Below, piece by piece: positions 1 through 8,822 of a stretch of 64,000 bases of DNA. The stretch is taken from NCBI GenBank assembly GCA_012513065.1, contig JAAZCX010000012.1, positions 31,938-95,937 of the forward strand, read 5' to 3'. The position numbers were made by a program, and so were the translations under genes. Source of the DNA: Clostridiaceae bacterium. Lineage in GTDB: Bacteria; Bacillota; Clostridia; TANB77; CAG-508. A model generated the notes under the pieces. It worked only from the letters and a program-made list of their open reading frames with translations, did not search any database and was not told the origin of the DNA. The stretch's first letter is position 1, and every line of letters begins with the position of its first letter.

Positions 1-1180
1 TATCATTAAATAATTCTCTAGATACAGCTCCATGAAGTTTACTTACTCCATTTTTCTTTCCTGCTATTTTTAATGCTAATATTCCCATGTTAAATCCAGC
101 ATTTGTCTTTGGATTTGGTTCCATTCCCATTTTTAAAAATTCTTCTTTTGTTATTCCAAGTCTATCCCAATATCCTTTAAAATATTTTTCAACTAAATCT
201 AATGGAAAAATATCATTTCCTGCTGGTACTGGTGTATGAGTTGTAAATACAGTTTGAGAAGATACTATATCTTTTGCCATTTCATATGATACTTCTTTTT
301 CTTTCATTACATTCTTAATTAATTCAATTATTAAAAATGATGAATGTCCTTCATTCATATGATATACAGTTGGTTTTAATCCTAATTCTTTTAATAATCT
401 TACTCCTGCCATACCAAGAACTATTTCTTGAGATATACGAATTTCTTGATCTCCACCATATAAAGTGGTTGTAATATTTCTATATTCTTCGTGGTTTTCT
501 TCTATATCAGAATCTAATAAATATAGATTTATTCTTCCTACATTTATTTTCCATACTTTTAAATATAATCTTCTCTTTGGAAATTTAACGTATATTGTTA
601 AATCTTTACCATTTTCATCTTTTACAGGTTTTATTGGAAGTGAAGCTATATCTACTTTTTTATATTCAGTTTCTTGATCTCCATATCCATTAATTTTTTG
701 GTGAAAATATCCATTTTTATATAATAATCCTACTGCTACCAAAGGAATTCCTAAATCGCTTGCAGATTTCAAATGATCTCCAGATAAAATTCCTAGTCCT
801 CCAGAATAAATAGATAATATTTGATCTAATCCATATTCAGCTGAGAAATATGCAATTAAATCATTTTTATTATCTTGATAATTTCTTAAAAACCATGTTG
901 ATTTACTATCTTCATAATTTTCAAAATTTTCTACAATTTTATCATATTCTCTTAAAAAGTCTTGATTTTTTGAAATTTCTTCTAGTTTTTCTTGTGATAC
1001 TAATTTTAAGAATTTAACTGGATTTTTTTCAATAGTCTCCCATAAATCATTATCTATTTGTTTAAACAACTTTAAAAAATCAACATTCCATGACCACCAT
1101 AAATTGGTTGCAATATCATCTAATTTTTCTATTCTTTTTGGTAATTGTGGATTGACGGTTATCTTATTAAACACGTACAT
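1..1180 (-). CDS. glgP: alpha-glucan (glycogen/maltodextrin) phosphorylase, N-terminal part; the C-terminus runs off the window start. Missing from the ORF track because it is edge-truncated.
   Basis: Manual reverse translation from the ATG at 1178-1180 with an AGGAGG RBS: MYVFNKITVNPQLPKRIEKLDDIATNLWWSWN...GGLGILSGDHLKSASDLGIPLVAVGLLYKNGYFHQ, typical of the alpha-glucan phosphorylase family. Confidence 0.7.
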   Translation of the reverse strand, partial: MYVFNKITVNPQLPKRIEKLDDIATNLWWSWNVDFLKLFKQIDNDLWETIEKNPVKFLKLVSQEKLEEISKNQDFLREYDKIVENFENYEDSKSTWFLRNYQDNKNDLIAYFSAEYGLDQILSIYSGGLGILSGDHLKSASDLGIPLVAVGLLYKNGYFHQKINGYGDQETEYKKVDIASLPIKPVKDENGKDLTIYVKFPKRRLYLKVWKINVGRINLYLLDSDIEENHEEYRNITTTLYGGDQEIRISQEIVLGMAGVRLLKELGLKPTVYHMNEGHSSFLIIELIKNVMKEKEVSYEMAKDIVSSQTVFTTHTPVPAGNDIFPLDLVEKYFKGYWDRLGITKEEFLKMGMEPNPKTNAGFNMGILALKIAGKKNGVSKLHGAVSRELFND

Positions 1181-1286
1181 TTTTCTTTATATCCTCCTTT
1201 GTAAATTAACACATTTTATTCATTTGTTTTTTCTTTTTTTATTATCTATTAAGTTACTGTATTTGTCAAACGTTTTTATTGTTTTT

Positions 1287-2588
1287 TTATAAAATTTCTT
1301 TCTTACTGTATTCTTCTGGTTTTAAACCTACAGTTCCTCTCATGTAATCTAATAATAATACTATTGCTATTACAAATATACATCCTATTATTATTGTTGA
1401 ATATGTTATTGATATATAATTTAATATATATGAAGCTCCAAATACTAAACAAGATGCAATCGCATTTTCACATAGATTATTTGTAGTTGCTATTTTTATC
1501 CTTTTTTCGCTATTAGTAAAATTATTAAAATATTGTTTTATTAATACATAATAAGGACCCTTCATTATATATTGTATGATAAATAATCCAAATATTAATA
1601 CAATTGTTGTCATCTCAGAGAATTTACATAGCATAATTACACCCATTAACAAGCACGAAATTGCTGTTGGAATTGACAAAAATGCTAAAGTTTTATTTCT
1701 ATGCTTTTTATGTATTCTTCCTTGGCATTTAGCTGCAATTCCTGTAACAATTCCAAGTATTGCAAATATAATACCAAAATATTGCTCAGGCATTCCTATT
1801 TCTATTAAAACTGTATTTCTTAAGTTTTGCAAAATTTTAATTAAACCAATAAAAACTGCATTAATTAAAACTAAACTCCTTAATCTTTTTGATATAAAAA
1901 CATTCTTCAAACCAAACCTTATAGATTTTATTTCTTCTCTTATATGCATTTTTCCTTTTTCTTTATGAATTTCTTCAAATTTTGCTGATAGTAAGAAACA
2001 TAATAATGATATTATAAAACATAATGCCATTGGAATATAAGGATTAATAACAAATAAAAATCCTGATAATATAGCCGAAATAGCATCTATAAAATAATAT
2101 CTAGAATTTGCTTTTCCATCTATTTTAGCAAATTTAATTCCTCTGTTTTCTCCATGTTCTATAGAATCATATAGCATATCACTCTCACATGTAGATTTAA
2201 TTACAAATGAAAAGGCACATAATAATTGTGAAATTAAAAGTATTTCAAAATCAGGTGCATACATTATAAATAATACATGTATTGCAGTAATAAAATTTGC
2301 TAAAATCAAACTTTTTCTTTTTCCTATTTTTTGTATTATTAAAGTACATGGTATCTGTGTTAAAAATTTAAATAATATATAGAACGCTTCAAATTGTAAT
2401 ACCTGTGCTGGTGTTATTTTCTTTTCTATTGTTAGAAATAAATATATAATCGCATAGTAGAATAATAAATCCCATGAAAAAATACGATATTTTGAATATA
2501 TTTTTATATTATTCTTCTTTTTTTGTTCTACTTCTTTTTCTTCTTTTGTTAATTCGATTGTTTCTTCTAAAACAACTTCTTTTTCCAT
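1287..2588 (-). CDS. polytopic membrane transporter (MFS-like), 433 aa
   Basis: Long ORF with GGAGAA RBS and about 12 predicted hydrophobic segments; no specific motif recognised. Confidence 0.45.
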   Translation of the reverse strand: MEKEVVLEETIELTKEEKEVEQKKKNNIKIYSKYRIFSWDLLFYYAIIYLFLTIEKKITPAQVLQFEAFYILFKFLTQIPCTLIIQKIGKRKSLILANFITAIHVLFIMYAPDFEILLISQLLCAFSFVIKSTCESDMLYDSIEHGENRGIKFAKIDGKANSRYYFIDAISAILSGFLFVINPYIPMALCFIISLLCFLLSAKFEEIHKEKGKMHIREEIKSIRFGLKNVFISKRLRSLVLINAVFIGLIKILQNLRNTVLIEIGMPEQYFGIIFAILGIVTGIAAKCQGRIHKKHRNKTLAFLSIPTAISCLLMGVIMLCKFSEMTTIVLIFGLFIIQYIMKGPYYVLIKQYFNNFTNSEKRIKIATTNNLCENAIASCLVFGASYILNYISITYSTIIIGCIFVIAIVLLLDYMRGTVGLKPEEYSKKEIL

Positions 2589-2708
2589 TATATTTTCTCC
2601 TATTTTTTCCTATGTTGTTTGAATTATATCAAACCTATTTTTTTTATGCAATATCACTTACTATATTTTATTTTTATTTTTAATATATATATATATTAAA
2701 AAATAACA

Positions 2709-3579
2709 TTATTTATATTCTTCTAATATATCTTGCATACAAGTTATACATTTTGCGCCTTGCTTTATCAATTCATTTGTTCCTTCTGAATTTATATTTG
2801 TTATATTTCCGTGGAACTGTAAAAACATTTTTTCCTTGTTCTAATGCAAAATCTACAGTTATCATAGTTCCACTTTTTTTCTTTGCTTCTATAACTATAA
2901 TTCCTGAAGATATCCCACTAATTATTCTGTTTCTTGCTGGAAAATTTAATTTTGAAGGTTTTGTTCCTAAAGGATATTCTGATATAATAGTTCCTCCTCT
3001 TTTTATAATTTCATTTGCTAAATTTATATTTTCATAAGGATAAATAAAATCTAGCCCACTTCCTATTACTGCTATTGTTTTTCCGTTTGCTAATATTGTT
3101 GCTTTATGTGAAATACTGTCTATACCTTTTGCAAGTCCGCTTATTGTTATAATATTATTTTTAACTAATGATTTTGCTATTGTTTCTGCTACTTGTTTTC
3201 CATAACTTGAATTTTCTCTACATCCAATCATTCCTAAAGAAAACTGATTTAAATTTTCCTTATTTCCTTTGACATATAAACAAATAGGTTTATCATAAAT
3301 TTGTTGTAAGTTTATAGGATATTCTGTATCTTTTATTGTAATTAGTGAAACATTTTGTTTTTTAAGTTTATTTTTTTCTTTTTCTAGATTTTTTCTATAT
3401 CTAATATCTAAAATTTCATTTATATTTTTTTCAGTTAACCATTGTAGTTTTAATAAATTCTGTTTTTTTAATTCAAAAATTTTTTTGGGCTCTTTATATA
3501 TTTCTAATAATTTTTGAATTTTCACACTACCTAAACTTTTTATTTTTGAAATCCATATCCAATAATTTATTTCTTCCAT
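2709..3579 (-). CDS. dprA: DNA processing protein DprA, interrupted by an apparent +1 frameshift (extra G at plus position 2811, i.e. an extra C before a GGA codon on the coding strand)
   Basis: The ORF 2773..3579 reads GMIGCRENSSYGKQ...GLAKGIDS...IAVIGSGLD, a DprA Rossmann core. Deleting one C restores ...FTVPGNITNINSEGTNELIKQGAKCI...EEYK*, ending at 2709. Confidence 0.8.
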
Positions 3580-3623
3580 ATTTATATCCTCCTTATTATA
3601 TATTTTTATTTAAAAAGTAAACA

Positions 3624-3654
3624 AAAAGGGCTTAATTAAAAATTAAGCCCTTTT
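3624..3654. terminator. bidirectional rho-independent terminator hairpin (aaaagggcttaatt...aattaagccctttt)
   Basis: Perfect 11-bp stem flanked by A and T runs, immediately downstream of the folD stop. Confidence 0.6.
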
Positions 3655-3670
3655 ATATATTTATTTTTTC

Positions 3671-4525
3671 TTACATTTTATCTTTTTCTATGTATTTTGT
3701 TGCAATAACAACATTATGTAGTAGCATAGCAATTGTCATAGGTCCAACTCCACCTGGTACTGGAGTAATATAAGATGCTTTTTCTTTCACTTTTTCAAAA
3801 TCCACATCTCCTACTAATCCTTCTTCTAATCTGTTAATTCCTACATCTATTACAACTGCTCCTTTTTTTATCATGTTTTCTTTAACAAATCTTGGTTTTC
3901 CAATTGCACTAATAACTATATCAGCATTTTTAGTGATTTCTTCTATATTTTTTGTTTTTGAATGACATATTGTAACTGTTGCATCTTCATTTAATAAACA
4001 TTGTGATAAAGGTTTTCCTACTATGTTACTTCTACCTAATATTACTACATTTGCACCTTTTAAATTTATTTTATATTGTTCAAATAATTTCATTACTCCA
4101 TATGGTGTACATGAAATAAATGTATATCTCTTTAATGCAAGTCTTCCTATATTAATTGGATTAAATCCATCTACATCTTTTCTAAAATCTATTGTTTCAA
4201 ATGCTGTATATATATCTAATTGATTAGGTATAGGACTTTGAAGTAATATTCCATGAATATCATCTCTACTATTTAGTTTTTCTATAACTTCTAGTAATTC
4301 TTCCATTTTAATATTTTCATCAAGTAAGAATTCTTCATATTCTATTCCAACTTCTTTGCATGCCTTATTCTTGCTTTTTACATATACTTTAGATGCCAAA
4401 TCATTTCCTACCATAATAACTGCAAGTTTTGGAAAAATATTTTTTTTATTTAATTTTTCTACTTCTTCTTTTATTTCAGCTCTTATTTTTTTTGAAAGTT
4501 CTTTTCCATCCATTATAATTGCCAT
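3671..4525 (-). CDS. folD: bifunctional methylenetetrahydrofolate dehydrogenase/cyclohydrolase FolD
   Basis: 284 aa, MAIIMDGKELSKKIRAEIKEEV...VPGGVGPMTIAMLL, canonical FolD N- and C-terminal motifs; RBS present. Confidence 0.9.
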   Translation of the reverse strand: MAIIMDGKELSKKIRAEIKEEVEKLNKKNIFPKLAVIMVGNDLASKVYVKSKNKACKEVGIEYEEFLLDENIKMEELLEVIEKLNSRDDIHGILLQSPIPNQLDIYTAFETIDFRKDVDGFNPINIGRLALKRYTFISCTPYGVMKLFEQYKINLKGANVVILGRSNIVGKPLSQCLLNEDATVTICHSKTKNIEEITKNADIVISAIGKPRFVKENMIKKGAVVIDVGINRLEEGLVGDVDFEKVKEKASYITPVPGGVGPMTIAMLLHNVVIATKYIEKDKM

Positions 4526-4735
4526 ATGTATTTTCTCCTCTTTTTTATGTATTATATATTAGTATTTTTTTATTTACAATAGTTTTTTATGAGTTATATT
4601 TTTTTATTATTTAATTTGTCAAAATTAGTAATTTGTAGTATTACGTTTTTATTTTCACTTATGTACCTTGAAAGAATAACATATTCTTTCAAGTATATAA
4701 ATAGTAAGCTTACGTTCTAAGAGGTCTATTTATAT

Positions 4736-4966
4736 TTAGCAACATTTCTCTTTATTACAGATTATTATAATAATTCTAATTAATATTAGGATTGCTAATA
4801 TTATAGTTAATGTGATAAACGCACCTAATGCTAAAGCAGCAAATATTCCAGTTGTTGCTCCTATAATAATACCTAGTACGAAAGTAAAGAAAATTGATAA
4901 TATATATATTACTAAATCTATGCAACAGCATTTTCTTTTTGGACAATTTTTTATTTCGTCAAACAT
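4736..4966 (-). CDS. small Cys-rich hydrophobic membrane protein (about 76 aa)
   Basis: GGAGGTG RBS 7 nt before the ATG (MFDEIKNCPKRKCCC...), two TM-like segments, C-terminal CNKEKCC. Resembles small Cys/Gly-rich sporulation membrane peptides, but no firm family call. Confidence 0.4.
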   Translation of the reverse strand: MFDEIKNCPKRKCCCIDLVIYILSIFFTFVLGIIIGATTGIFAALALGAFITLTIILAILILIRIIIIICNKEKCC

Positions 4967-5085
4967 ATTTTTCACCTCCACAATAGTATAAAAATACTAT
5001 TAATATATAATATGCATGATTTTATTTTCTTTTACATTTTATTCTATTTTTTTACATTTTTATTCTTTTTTCTATTTTATTTTTA

Positions 5086-6294
5086 TTAATCTTTAAATTT
5101 TATATTTGTATCTATTTTTAATTTTCCTGCTCTTGTAATTGATTGATAACCATATTTTTCTTTTATCTCATCTACAACACTATCTATCTTTTTTTGTTTC
5201 TCTTGTTCAGAATTTTCAAAAAGTGAAATTTGTCTTACTTCCTTTTCAATTAGTTGTTCAACTCTTATTCCTATTAATCTTATTGGTGTTCCATTATAAA
5301 TATGTTGTAACAATTCTTTTGATACTTTTTGTATTATTTTAGTACTATCTGTTGCAAATTCCAACTTTTTTTGATGTGATATAACTTTAAATTCATTTGT
5401 TTTTAATTGTACACTTACTACATTTGTTAGCATTTCACTTTTTCTTAATCTATATGTTACGTGTTCTACTAATGTAATTAATACTTCTTCAATTTTATTT
5501 ATATCATTGTAATCATATGGAAGAGTAATAGAATTACCTATACCTTTTGGCTTTTCTACAATATAATTTACTTGTGATGTATCTATTCCATTTGCATATT
5601 CCCATATCATTTTCCCATATTTTCCAAATACTCTTATTAGGTTTTTTTGATCTTTATCGGCTAAATCTCCTATAGTTTTTATACCCATTTTCTGAAGTTT
5701 TAATAAACTTCTTCTTCCAACCATAAAAAGTTCTGATATTGGTAGTATCCACATTTTTTCTTTTATTTCATTTTTCCAAAGTGTATGTATTTTATCTGGT
5801 TTTTCAAAATCAGATGCCATTTTTGCAAGAAGTTTATTTTCTGATATTCCTATGTTTACAGTAAAACCAAATTCTTCTTTAACTCTTTTATTTATTTCAG
5901 ATGCTATATTATATATTGTCTTTCCTTTTGGAATATATCCTGTTATATCTAAAAAACATTCATCAATAGAATATCTTTCTATTTTATCTGTATAATCTAG
6001 TAATAAGTTGTATATTCCATCTGAATATTTTTTATATACATTAAAATCTCCATGAAATACTTTAATGTTAGGACATTTCTTTCGTGCAAAAAATATTGGT
6101 TCTCCTGTTTGTATTCCTAATTGTTTAGCAATTATACTTTTAGCTAACACTATACCTCTTCTTTGTTTTTCATCTCCACCTATAATAGAGGGAATAGTTC
6201 TTATATCTAACTTTTCCCCATTTATTAATTTATCCACTGCTGTCCAAGATAAAAATGCATTATTAACATCTACATGTAAAATTTGTTTTTCCAT
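5086..6294 (-). CDS. dinB: Y-family DNA polymerase (DinB/Pol IV-like), 402 aa
   Basis: ILHVDVNNAFLS (a divergent form of HVDMDAFFASVE) and SIDECFLD catalytic motifs, plus the little-finger domain length. Confidence 0.75.
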   Translation of the reverse strand: MEKQILHVDVNNAFLSWTAVDKLINGEKLDIRTIPSIIGGDEKQRRGIVLAKSIIAKQLGIQTGEPIFFARKKCPNIKVFHGDFNVYKKYSDGIYNLLLDYTDKIERYSIDECFLDITGYIPKGKTIYNIASEINKRVKEEFGFTVNIGISENKLLAKMASDFEKPDKIHTLWKNEIKEKMWILPISELFMVGRRSLLKLQKMGIKTIGDLADKDQKNLIRVFGKYGKMIWEYANGIDTSQVNYIVEKPKGIGNSITLPYDYNDINKIEEVLITLVEHVTYRLRKSEMLTNVVSVQLKTNEFKVISHQKKLEFATDSTKIIQKVSKELLQHIYNGTPIRLIGIRVEQLIEKEVRQISLFENSEQEKQKKIDSVVDEIKEKYGYQSITRAGKLKIDTNIKFKD

Positions 6295-6323
6295 CTTTAT
6301 ATTTAACTCCTATACTTATTATA

Positions 6324-6335
6324 GAACATATGTTT
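6324..6335. promoter_or_regulatory. putative LexA (SOS) box GAACATATGTTT overlapping the -10 TATAAT of the dinB promoter
   Basis: GAAC-N4-GTTT palindrome directly abutting TATAAT about 27 nt upstream of the dinB ATG, on the minus-strand promoter. Confidence 0.4.
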
Positions 6336-6418
6336 TTATATTGTCAATACTTTACAAAAACATATTTTTGCTATAAAATATAATATATTATATTTTATAA
6401 GATATAGGAGATTTTTAT

Positions 6419-6843
6419 ATGTATAACTTTATTTCTAAAAGTGAACAAGATACAATTACTTTTGCAAAAGATTTTGCAAAAGATTTAAAAAAAGGTGATA
6501 TTATTGTTTTAACAGGTGAACTTCGGATCTCGGAAAAACTAAATTTACACAAGGTATTTTAAGTTATTTTGATTTAGAAAATGAAATTTCTAGTCCAACT
6601 TTTACTATTGTAAATGAATATCACAAAAATAATGTTAATATATATCATTTTGACGTTTATAGATTAGAAGATACTGATGAATTTTATGCAATGGGCGGAG
6701 AAGAATATTTTGAAAATGGTATTTGTATAATTGAATGGGGTGAACAAATAGAAACAATTCTTCCAAAAGGTTATACTAAAATATCTTTTAATAAATTAGA
6801 CGAGAATGAAAATTTTAGAGAATTAAAAATAGAGAAAATGTAA
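6419..6843 (+). CDS. tsaE: tRNA threonylcarbamoyladenosine biosynthesis ATPase TsaE, with its Walker A motif disrupted by two single-C insertions (6524 and 6531)
   Basis: As written it translates MYNFISKSEQDTITFAKDFAKDLKKGDIIVLTGELRISEKLNLHKVF*. Removing the two Cs in cttCggatctCggaaaaact gives GELGSGKTKFTQGILSYFDLENEISSPTFTIVNEY..., a canonical TsaE P-loop and SPTF motif. Confidence 0.8.
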
Positions 6844-6883
6844 CCTTTATACATTTTCTCTATTTTTAAGTTTTATTATCATA

Positions 6884-7270
6884 TTAATTTTGATTTGCTT
6901 CAATTCTATTTTTTATTATTTCTATTTCATTTTTATGATTATCAATTAAATTTCTTAAATTGTCTATTTGTTCTTGGTATAACTCTCTTAATTTAGATAC
7001 ATCTTCACTAGATATATCTTTTTCATCTATTTGTCTATATCTTATCATATCTTGTAATTTAAATAATCTTATTCTTTCAGGGTCTTCTTCTATCTTTATG
7101 CCTTTAATAAATTCATTTTTTTCATCTTCTTCATTTTTTAATTTTTCTTCATCTTCTACTATTTCTTCTACTTCTTCAAAAAATAAATTTTCAAGGAAAC
7201 TCTTTATTTTATTTTTTATTCTACTAAAAAATGTTTGATTTTTTACTAATAATTCTTTATCTTTTGACAT
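6884..7270 (-). CDS. hypothetical acidic coiled-coil protein, 128 aa
   Basis: E/K-rich ORF antisense between tsaE and tsaB; no recognised domain. Confidence 0.35.
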   Translation of the reverse strand: MSKDKELLVKNQTFFSRIKNKIKSFLENLFFEEVEEIVEDEEKLKNEEDEKNEFIKGIKIEEDPERIRLFKLQDMIRYRQIDEKDISSEDVSKLRELYQEQIDNLRNLIDNHKNEIEIIKNRIEANQN

Positions 7271-7286
7271 GGTTTTCCTCTTTTCT

Positions 7287-7427
7287 TTATCTTGATTTTT
7301 CTTCTTCTAATTCTTTCTCTTGTTTTTTATATTCTTGTAATAATTTATTTGTTTCTTGTTCTTCTTTTTCTAATTTCTGCTTTTCTTGGTCTAATTCTAA
7401 TAATGTTTTTTGTTTATTTTCTTCCAT
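7287..7427 (-). CDS. hypothetical small coiled-coil protein (about 46 aa from MEENKQK)
   Basis: GGAGAT RBS before the ATG; highly charged K/E repeat; sits directly upstream of the 128-aa ORF. Confidence 0.25.
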   Translation of the reverse strand: MEENKQKTLLELDQEKQKLEKEEQETNKLLQEYKKQEKELEEEKSR

Positions 7428-7628
7428 CTTCTTATCTCCTATAATTTTATATTTTACTAAAAATATCACATATATTCATTTAATTCAATAATATTATTTT
7501 TTTGTCATATAAAAATAATATTACTGTCATATATTTGTAAAGTTTTCTTTTGTAAAAATGGTTTACAAATCGCTGTTATTAATATAAAATGTAAATTGAA
7601 AAAATAGAAATAAAAAGAGGTAATAATT

Positions 7629-8346
7629 TTGAAAATATTAGCAATTGATACTTCTTCTAAAATATGTTCTGTATCTGTTTTAGAAGATACTGATATAATT
7701 ATAGAAAAACATATTAGTGATGAGCTTACTCATTCGCAAAAACTTATGCCATTAATAGATAAAATTTTAAAAGAAACAAATCTTAAATTATCTGATTTTA
7801 ATCTTTTTACTTGTTCTGTTGGTCCTCGGTTCTTTTACAGGAGTTCGTATAGGTGTTTCTACAGTTAAAGCTTTTTGTGATATAACTTCTATTCCTGCTG
7901 TTGGAATTAATTCTTTAGAGGGTTTAGCTTATAATGGTTTAAATTCAAATTATATAAATAAAACTAATCTAATTTGCTCAATTATTGATGCGAAAAATGA
8001 TAATGTATACTTTGGAATGTTTGAAAAAGATAATAATAATACTTTTTCTTGTATATTTGAACCTAGCGCTCAAAATATAGATGATGCAATTAAACAATTG
8101 AAAAAATATCATTCATCACATATTTTATTTATAGGTGACGGAGCTGAAAAATATCAATATTTAATTTCACAAATTTTCTCAAAAGCTACTTTCGTTGAAG
8201 ATAAGCACAATTCTCAAACATCAACTAGTTTTGGAAAAGCTGCTTTTCATCATTATCAAATGTTAGATTATGGAGATTCTAATTCTATTATACCTATGTA
8301 TTTAAAAAAATCACAAGCAGAACGTGCTTTGGAAGGTGAAAAATAG
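7629..8346 (+). CDS. tsaB: tRNA t6A biosynthesis protein TsaB, frameshifted by a single extra C at 7827
   Basis: MKILAIDTSSKICSVSVLED...CSVGP then a frame switch to GSFTGVRIGVSTVKAF... Deleting the C in ggtcctCggttct restores SVGPGSFTGVRIG, the TsaB signature. Confidence 0.8.
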
Positions 8347-8347
8347 A

Positions 8348-8800
8348 ATGATAGATTTAGAAAAAATTAAAATTTGTCAAATGACTTTATATGATTTAGA
8401 AGAACTTAAAGATGTTCTTTTAAGTGACTTTGATGATTTCTGGAATTTTCAAATATTTAAAGACGAACTTGTAAATACTAATTCCAAATATTTTTTATTG
8501 CGTTATGATACTGAAATTGTTTGTTTAGGCGGAATAAAAATTATTTTAGATGAAGCAAATATAATGAATATTATAACTAAGAAAAATAAACGTAATAATG
8601 GTTTTGCAAAATTTTTATTAAATTCATTAATTGATATTTCAAAAGAATTTAAATGTAAAACTATAACTTTAGAAGTAAATGAAAATAATACTTCTGCAAT
8701 TTCTTTATATAAACATTTTAACTTTGAGGAAGTTGGCAAAAGAAAGAAATATTATAAAAATGGTGATACTGCTATTTTAATGACACATAAGATTAATTAA
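8348..8800 (+). CDS. rimI: ribosomal-protein-alanine N-acetyltransferase (GNAT) RimI
   Basis: About 150-aa GNAT fold following tsaB in the conserved tsaE-tsaB-rimI order; motif KRNNGFAKFLL. Confidence 0.7.
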   Translation: MIDLEKIKICQMTLYDLEELKDVLLSDFDDFWNFQIFKDELVNTNSKYFLLRYDTEIVCLGGIKIILDEANIMNIITKKNKRNNGFAKFLLNSLIDISKEFKCKTITLEVNENNTSAISLYKHFNFEEVGKRKKYYKNGDTAILMTHKIN

Positions 8801-8822
8801 AAATATATTAAAGGAGAAACTT